The notes under the pieces were generated by a model that was not told the DNA's origin, ran no database searches, and was given only the letters and a program-made list of their open reading frames with translations. Of a stretch of 12,361 nucleotides of DNA, positions 10,101 through 12,361 are shown one piece after another. A program made the position numbers and the translations under genes. The stretch spans positions 2,483,693 to 2,496,053 of the forward strand of contig JAWQFM010000002.1 in the NCBI GenBank assembly GCA_033442325.1, read 5' to 3'. This DNA is from Salpingoeca rosetta. Its lineage: Eukaryota; Protista; Choanoflagellata. Each line of letters starts with the position of its first letter. Position 1 is the stretch's first letter.

Positions 10101-12361
10101 GTGCTCAGCGTGCTCGACAGGTGCGTCTCAGTGCTCAAAGCACGGAACGTTTCCAAACTGATGCTCGCAGTAAGACTGTTCTCAGCAAGTTCAGCACGAG
10201 ATGTCTCGCTGCTCAGCTCGCTGCTCAGCGTGCTCGACAGGTGAGACTCCGTGCTTGCCGCGCGCGAGTTCTCGCTGTTCAGAGAGCTAATGGACCGCGA
10301 CGTCTCGCTGCTCAGCTCGCTGCTCAGCGTGCTCGACAGGTGCGTCTCCGTGCTGCCTGCCCGGCTCGTCTCCGTGCTCAGCTCAGTGCTCAGCGTGCTC
10401 GACAGGTGCGTCTCAGTGCTTGCCGCGCGCGAGTTCTCGCTGTTCAGAGAGCTAATGGACCGCGACGTCTCGCTGCTCAGCTCGCTGCTCAGCGTGCTCG
10501 ACAGGTGAGACTCCGTGCTGTCTGCCCGGCTCGTCTCCGTGCTCAGCTCAGTGCTCAGCGTGCTCGACAGGTGCGTCTCAGTGCTTGCCGCGCGCGAGTT
10601 CTCGCTGTTCAGAGAGCTAATGGACCGCGACGTCTCGCTGCTCATCTCGCTGCTCAGCGTGCTCGACAGGTGCGTCTCAGTGCTGCCTGCCCGGCTTCGT
10701 CTCCGTGCTCAGCTCAGTGCTCAGCGTGCTCGACAGGTGCGTCTCAGTGCTTGCCGCGCGCGAGTTCTCGCTGTTCAGAGAGCTAATGGACCGCGACGTC
10801 TCGCTGCTCAGCTCGCTGCTCAGCGTGCTCGACAGGTGAGTCTCCGTGCTGCCTGCCCGGCTCGTCTCCGTGCTCAGCTCAGTGCTCAGCGTGCTCGACA
10901 GGTGCGTCTCAGTGCTTGCCGCGCGCGAGTTCTCGCTGTTCAGAGAGCTAATGGACCGCGACGTCTCGCTGCTCAGCTCGCTGCTCAGCGTGCTCGACAG
11001 GTGAGACTCCGTGCTGTCTGCCCGGCTGGTCTCCGTGCTCGACAGGTGAGACTCCGTGCTGCCTGCCCGGCTCGCCTCCGTGCTCAGCTCGTTGGACAGC
11101 AGTGTCTCTGTGCTCACAGATCGCGACGTCTCGCTGCTCAACTCGGTGCTCAGCGTGCTTGACAGGTGCGTCTCCGTGCTTGCCGCGCGCGAGTTCTCGC
11201 TGTTCAGAGAGCTAATGGACCGCGACGTCTCGCTGCTCAGCTCGCTGCTCAGCGTGCTCGACAGGTGCGTCTCCGTGCTGCCTGCCCGGCTCGCCTCCGT
11301 GCTCAGCTCGTTGGACAGCAGTGTCTCTGTGCTCACAGAACGCGACGTCTCGCTGCTCAACTCGGTGCTCAGCGTGCTTGACAGGTGCGTCTCCGCGCTG
11401 CCTGCCCGGCTCGTCTCCGTGCTCAGCTCGCTGCTCAGCGTGCTCGACAGGTGCGTCTCAGTGCTTGCCGCGCGCGAGTTCTCGCTGTTCAGAGAGCTAA
11501 TGGACCGCGACGTCTCGCTGCTCAGCTCGCTGCTCAGCGTGCTCGACAGGTGAGACTCCGTGCTGTCTGCCCGGCTCGTCTCGCTGCTCAGCTCAGTGCT
11601 CAGCGTGCTCGACAGGTGCGTCTCAGTGCTTGCCGCGCGCGAGTTCTCGCTGTTCAGAGAGCTAATGGACCGCGACGTCTCGCTGCTCAGCTCGCTGCTC
11701 AGCGTGCTTGACAGGTGCGTCTCCGTGCTGCCTGCCCGGCTCGCCTCCGTGCTCAGCTCGTTGGACAGCAGTGTCTCTGTGCTCACAGATCGCGACGTCT
11801 CGCTGCTCAACTCGGTGCTCAGCGTGCTTGACAGGTGCGTCTCAGTGCTTGCCGCGCGCGAGTTCTCGCTGTTCAGAGAGCTAATGGACCGCGACGTCTC
11901 GCTGCTCAGCTCGCTGCTCAGCGTGCTCGACAGGTGCGTCTCCGTGCTGTCTGCCCGGCTCGTCTCCGTGCTCAGCTCAGTGCTCAGCGTGCTCGACAGG
12001 TGCGTCTCCGTGCTTGCCGCGCGCGAGTTCTCGCTGTTCAGAGAGCTAATGGACCGCGACGTCTCGCTGCTCAGCTCGCTGCTCAGCGTGCTTGACAGGT
12101 GCGTCTCCGTGCTGCCTGCCCGGCTCGCCTCCGTGCTCAGCTCGTTGGACAGCAGTGTCTCTGTGCTCACAGATCGCGACGTCTCGCTGCTCAACTCGGT
12201 GCTCAGCGTGCTTGACAGGTGCGTCTCAGTGCTTGCCGCGCGCGAGTTCTCGCTGTTCAGAGAGCTTATGGACCGCGACGTCTCGCTGCTCAGCTCGCTG
12301 CTCAGCGTGCTTGACAGTGCGTCTCCGTGCTGTCTGCCCGGCTCGCCTCCGTGCTCAGCTC
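7124..12361 (-). CDS. Giant single-pass (probably type I) cell-surface protein: Ser/Thr/Glu/Leu ExxRA-repeat stalk, Cys-containing domain with RRRR site, membrane-proximal coiled coil, TM helix (7867-7802), ~225-aa acidic tail. 5' end lies outside the window; two apparent 1-bp indels (10696/7 and ~12317)
   Basis: ORFs 7124-10645 and 10677-12194 carry the same repeat and become one frame when the extra T in ccggcttcgt (consensus ccggctcgt) is removed. TM LAVILGCVNLGLFALLIFVLLF is followed by the basic stop-transfer TRLSRR. Six N-glycosylation sequons (NVT, NCS, NIT, NTT, NLT, NQT) lie N-terminal of the TM. Stop TGA at 7126-7124. No introns or CA repeats over 5.2 kb. Confidence 0.85.
9310..12361 (-). 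repeat. Near-perfect coding minisatellite with 33-, 54- and 66-bp units in 165-bp and 219-bp higher-order repeats
   Basis: ctaatggacc recurs at 9321, 9486 and 9651 (period 165 = 11+22+22 aa). Above ~11060 an extra 18-aa unit, ETSRSVSTETLLSNELST, gives a 73-aa (219-bp) block. Confidence 0.97.

Noticed and set aside
8391-11711. Long + strand ORFs (8391-9377, 9374-10786 and others) antisense to the repeat gene
   Set aside because: They are shadows of the GAG/CTG/AGC/ACG-rich repeat, which lacks stops in some antisense frames. Only the minus frame continues into a TM and tail.
9310-12361. CRISPR-like or satellite array
   Set aside because: There are no unique spacers and no cas genes, unit lengths are multiples of 3, the array is in frame with a membrane protein, and the context is eukaryotic.
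7124-12361. Identification as a classical mucin or as the S. rosetta Rosetteless lectin
   Set aside because: The array has no Pro and has regular hydrophobic periodicity. No C-type lectin domain is visible in the window, and this protein has a TM and a long tail.

Overview
Eukaryotic, intron-rich genomic DNA full of (CA)n/(TG)n microsatellites. The style suggests a choanoflagellate such as Salpingoeca rosetta (inference). A 466-nt N gap lies at 2319-2784. Four protein-coding genes can be reconstructed: (1) the 5' part of a NAF1-like H/ACA RNP assembly factor on the minus strand, running off the left edge; (2) a divergent tRNA-dihydrouridine synthase of the DUS4/DUS4L type, interrupted by the gap; (3) an unrecognised gene of at least 10 exons encoding a probable coiled-coil protein of about 330 aa (+ strand); (4) a convergent, apparently intronless giant single-pass membrane protein (minus strand, at least 1740 codons, start beyond the right edge). 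The ectodomain of gene 4 is a Ser/Thr/Glu/Leu 'ExxRA' repeat array built from 11-, 15-, 18- and 22-residue units. It is followed by a Cys-containing domain with an RRRR site, a short coiled coil, a TM helix and an acidic cytoplasmic tail. Gene 4 is the most interesting element. Most ORFs in the supplied track are microsatellite or antisense artefacts.
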